The notes under the pieces were generated by a model. That model searched no databases, was not told the DNA's origin, and was given only the letters and a program-made list of their open reading frames with translations. A stretch of DNA of 64,000 bases from Camelus dromedarius (taxonomy: Eukaryota), in the NCBI RefSeq assembly GCF_036321535.1, contig NC_087438.1:1056001-1120000 (forward strand), given 5' to 3'. The translations under genes and the position numbers were made by a program. Positions 60,184 through 64,000 of the stretch are shown in pieces; positions within the stretch are counted from its first letter, which is position 1; every line of letters starts with the position of its first letter.

Positions 60184-63100
60184 CTCTTAGTATTTTCTAG
60201 TGTTTATTTTATGGGCGTTTGGTGGGTCGATGTCACTGAACTATGCTTTGCAGCCTGAGCTGAGATTCCAGTGTAGGAAGGATGTATGATGGCTTGGGAA
60301 TGAAATAAGAATCAATTGGAAAATATGCTTAGATTTACACTTATAATTTGAAAGAAGCTTTTTTCTTATAAAAGAGAAGCCCAAAGTTGTATCCAAAGGA
60401 AGAGCTTTTTCCTAAGGAAGTCAAGACTAAAGTTCCCACCTAGAGGGACTCGCACACGTGGTCTTCCATTAGTGCACCTGGCTCCCCGGGTTGGGTGACG
60501 AGAGCCTTGTTCCTTCCGCTTGAACGGGGCCAGGGGCCGGGGCCCCCTTGAGGGGCTCACCGCCGCTGCTTGGGGACCCCTCTTCCCTTTCTGGAAGCCG
60601 TTAGCAGACTCTCAGTAGACCCTGGGCAATTACTGTGACCTCCAGTTTCCAGCCATTGCATTCCCAGATTTTCTCTCTGGAGCCAGTGGGAATTTAGCAA
60701 ACGGCGTGGAGGTGGCTTGACCATCCAGGCATCAGAACGCCCATGGCCTTCCGCCTGGCAGCACAGGGTCTCCCAGTGCAGTGTCCACTGCTTGTCCCAT
60801 GCTCCCCACCGCAGGTCCGGGTCCCAGGCCCGCCGCCTCCCTTCCTTCTGTCCCTCCTGTGCCCGGTCTGCAGAGACCAACCGATGTGTGAGCCCTTTCT
60901 CCGTCGCCCACGCAGAGAAGAGGCAGAAGTGAGCTTTGTCATGATGAACACAAGTGAGTTTAAAGGTGTCCTTCAACCTGGGAGTTTGGATGAGGACTCC
61001 TGGGGCACCGCCCCGGGGAGCCTGGCACTCCGGCCGTGTGCAGCAGAGGGACTCCGCCTGGGCCAGGCGCACGTTGAGCAGGAGGCTGCTCCTCTCTGCT
61101 TCCCCTGCTTCTGTCCCAGGTCTGAGGGGGCCTTATCCTCATTCTAAGACCCAAGAGAGCCACGCTGTTGTAAGGGCTCTGTGGCACTGAGCTTCACCCC
61201 AGCACCCCCGGTGCGTGTCGGACTGGGGGCCCACAGGGCGGGACACCGTCACCCCCCGCGCCCCCTGCCTGGGGCCCGCCCAGGGCCCGGCACGTGGCAG
61301 GTCAGTACGTCCTGACTGACTGATTGATTGGATACATTCACGCGTCGCGTTAGTCAGTGAGTAAGAAGAGAAAGGAGGGCCGTGCGGCTTGATGTGAGTG
61401 TGACCATGTTCTGCTCCTTTTGTGAGAACGTAGCAATTTGCCCAGCGTTTCCTGTGAGATTTTGAACATGGAGAGAATGTCTGCGGCCTTGCTTTGCCAT
61501 CTGACCGCCTCTTCCCTCACACCCCGGAGTGAATCCTCTGGGCGGGCGATGACCAAGATGGGCCCCGCCCCCCTCCGAGGGGCTGGAGAGAACTGGACCC
61601 TCGCGATGTTAGTGGCCAGGTGGCCCTGGTTACACCACGCACCAGGGGAGGAGTTTCTCTGTGAACTTTTGAGTTTGTCATGTCTGAATTTTCCACTATG
61701 GTTTTTACAGGATCTGAAGTTGGAACAGTCCTCCTTCCCTCCCTTCTTCCTTTCCAAGATTTCCTGACCAAGGTCCTCTCCGTGAAGCTGGGGTTTGCTG
61801 CTGTTTCCAGGTATCCCTTGGCTCTCTGTCCCGTCAGGGAGCCGGCGCTGTGGGCGCGGGCGAGGCAGGGCCTCAGGCCCTCAGCGGAGCAGAGGGACCC
61901 ACCTGCACACTGACCGGGGCCTGGGATGTTCGGGGTAAAGGCGCTGATGCGGGTGCCTGGAGTTTCACTCCCAGGCTGCTCGAGAAGCAGGGGAGAGGCG
62001 CCCACAGGCCTGCCCCTGGGCCCGGGTCTCAGGCTGAGTCGGCCTCGTGCGGCGCGACCCCTTTGCCCCCGGGACTCGGCGCGCCGCTGGCGGCTGGGGA
62101 CCGCTGGGCGTTCGGGGAGCCCGGCACGTTCCGCACAGACCAGGCTTGGAGAGGCCCTGCGTGCTTGGGGGCTTTATGGCGTAACTTACAGGTTTGGGAA
62201 AAAGCAAGCTGCCTCCTTTCAAGCTTTTTCACAAAAGAGGAACGGCCGCGTGTCAGGTGTGCAGGACCGGGCCTAAGCCGCTTGTTGCGACGGCGGCGGT
62301 GTGAGCCGGGCCGCCCGGCCGGAGGGTCCGGACCTCCTCCTGGGGCTGCGAAGCCTGTCGCGGAGCTTCACAGCAGCACCGCTTTCCCTCGGACGTCACT
62401 GCAGTCAACACAGACGGGGACTCACTTCCCGGAGTCTGCGTGCTCCTCCCGCTGAGCCGCGTGCCTCCCCCAGAGGGGCGCTTGTGCAGGGAAGGCCAAG
62501 TCTTTGTCCAGGCGTGTGGTTTCCTCACCAGCAGAACCGCAGCGCCCCTGAAGGAGACGGGGAAGGCGCAGGAGGTTTCCAGGTGCGCACCTGTGGAGGG
62601 TCGGCTGCTTTATTTGCACAGAAAACAAAGCGAGCGCCTTACATTTTGACTTACTACTAATAAACGGTTTTGAAACGTGAGATTAAGAAAGACAAAATAA
62701 TCAGCAAAATAATGATTTTGTTTAAATATAAAGTGTATCTTTTTTTTTTTTTTGTCATCATCTCGTGCATTCAGCGTGATGCCACCGTTAACCTTTGAAA
62801 GCGCGAATGTGACGTGATGTCATTCCCCGGGAGGCCGCCAGCCCTGCAGCTGCCGCGGCCGCAGCTCTCAGGACCGGCACCCTGAGCCCAGACAGACGCC
62901 TTACTCCCATGGGGCATCGCGGTTCTGCTCTTCTGTGGAGGCTGGTAAACAATTGAAGACTGAGCTTTGTGGCGTCAGGGCTCAAGCTGGGAGAGTACCC
63001 CAGGATCGAGGTCCTGGTTCAACCCATTCAACAAGCAGTGTCCCCAAACGGGATTTTCCGGCTCCCGCGGTCAGGAATGCCAGGGCTTCGAGCAGAAAGG

Positions 63101-64000
63101 AGAGAAATGTGTCTGAAATGATCCATCCCAAACGCTGCCCCCACGGGACGGCTTCTCCCGTTGTGACCGTGCACAGCGTGCGATGTCCTCCACGGCAGGA
63201 CCAGGGCGCCCTGTGCCACGTGGGCTTCCCGCGTGGCCGTGCCTTCGGACCTGGTGTCGGGGGTCTCACAGGGAGCCTCCCGTGCAGATTCCCGTGCCCT
63301 CCAGGCCTGGCTGGGAGCCGCAGGTTCCACGACTGCGTGTACAGCGTCCACTGAGCCCTCAGCTGGGCTCAGCCTGGTGCCAGAAGGGAGTGGACCATGC
63401 CATCGGGCAGCGGGACCTTCTAGGCTGTCGCCCCGGCTCCTTCCAGGGAGCCCCAAGTGTTGCCCTCTTTTGGAAACGGACATGGCTTTGGGGGCAACTT
63501 GTCCCGGGGCTCCCACTGGGTTCCGGGTTGGACGAGCATCGGGGGGCTGCTCTGTCCAAGGAATGCCACTCGCCAAGGGGCTCCTCCTTGCCTGTCGTGT
63601 CTGGAACCTTGGTCCTGAGACCTGGAAGAGGGGGACAGAGGAGAGCAGAGCATCTAACTGGAGCTGCAGGCCGGGGGCGGCGCGGTGGGGAGGGGCCCCA
63701 GGGCTTTCCCGGAGGAATGCTGAAGAGCAGCGCCAGGAGAGGCTGCTGGACTCCTGGCAGCTTCACGAGGTGGGCAGTGAGCTGGGTCAGGGCAGTGACG
63801 GGTGGTCTGTGGGCCCATGACGCATGCAGAGGGGCCTGTGGTGACCGCAGCCCAGCGACTGGGCCAGAGTGCGGGGAGGACCGGGCTGGGGGTGGTGCCT
63901 CGTCCACCTCCCACCCAGTCTCCTAGTCTCAGTAAAGCAACCCTGGGGGCTCCCATCAACACCCACTCCCCCTCGCCCCCGATCGACAGCAAGTCTGCCA

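Overview
GC-rich mammalian genomic DNA, probably camelid (two Vic-1-type tRNA-derived SINEs). The only securely identifiable gene is the Iroquois homeobox gene IRX4 on the minus strand. Its five coding exons (31418-31374, 30875-30624, 29905-29793, 28953-28625, 28174-27351) have GT-AG introns and give a 1563-nt CDS / 520 aa with a TALE homeodomain and IRO box; polyA signal at 26792-26797. It is flanked by two CpG islands, several AT-rich islands dense in homeodomain/TALE/GATA motifs that look like developmental enhancers, and decayed MaLR LTRs, L1, L2 and SINEs. Most listed ORFs are GC-content artefacts. The most novel candidate is a chain of exon-like segments on the minus strand downstream of IRX4 (~11-23 kb). 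Their splice phases fit together and they carry stop codons and a 13-bp frameshifting duplication, suggesting a decayed multi-exon gene that I cannot name; this is inference and needs a homology search. Other leads: a dense cluster of MEIS-type TGACAG sites 3' of IRX4, a possible poison exon, in-frame alternative donors, and an upstream overlapping ORF that depends on promoter choice. There is no prokaryote-type system (CRISPR etc.) here.
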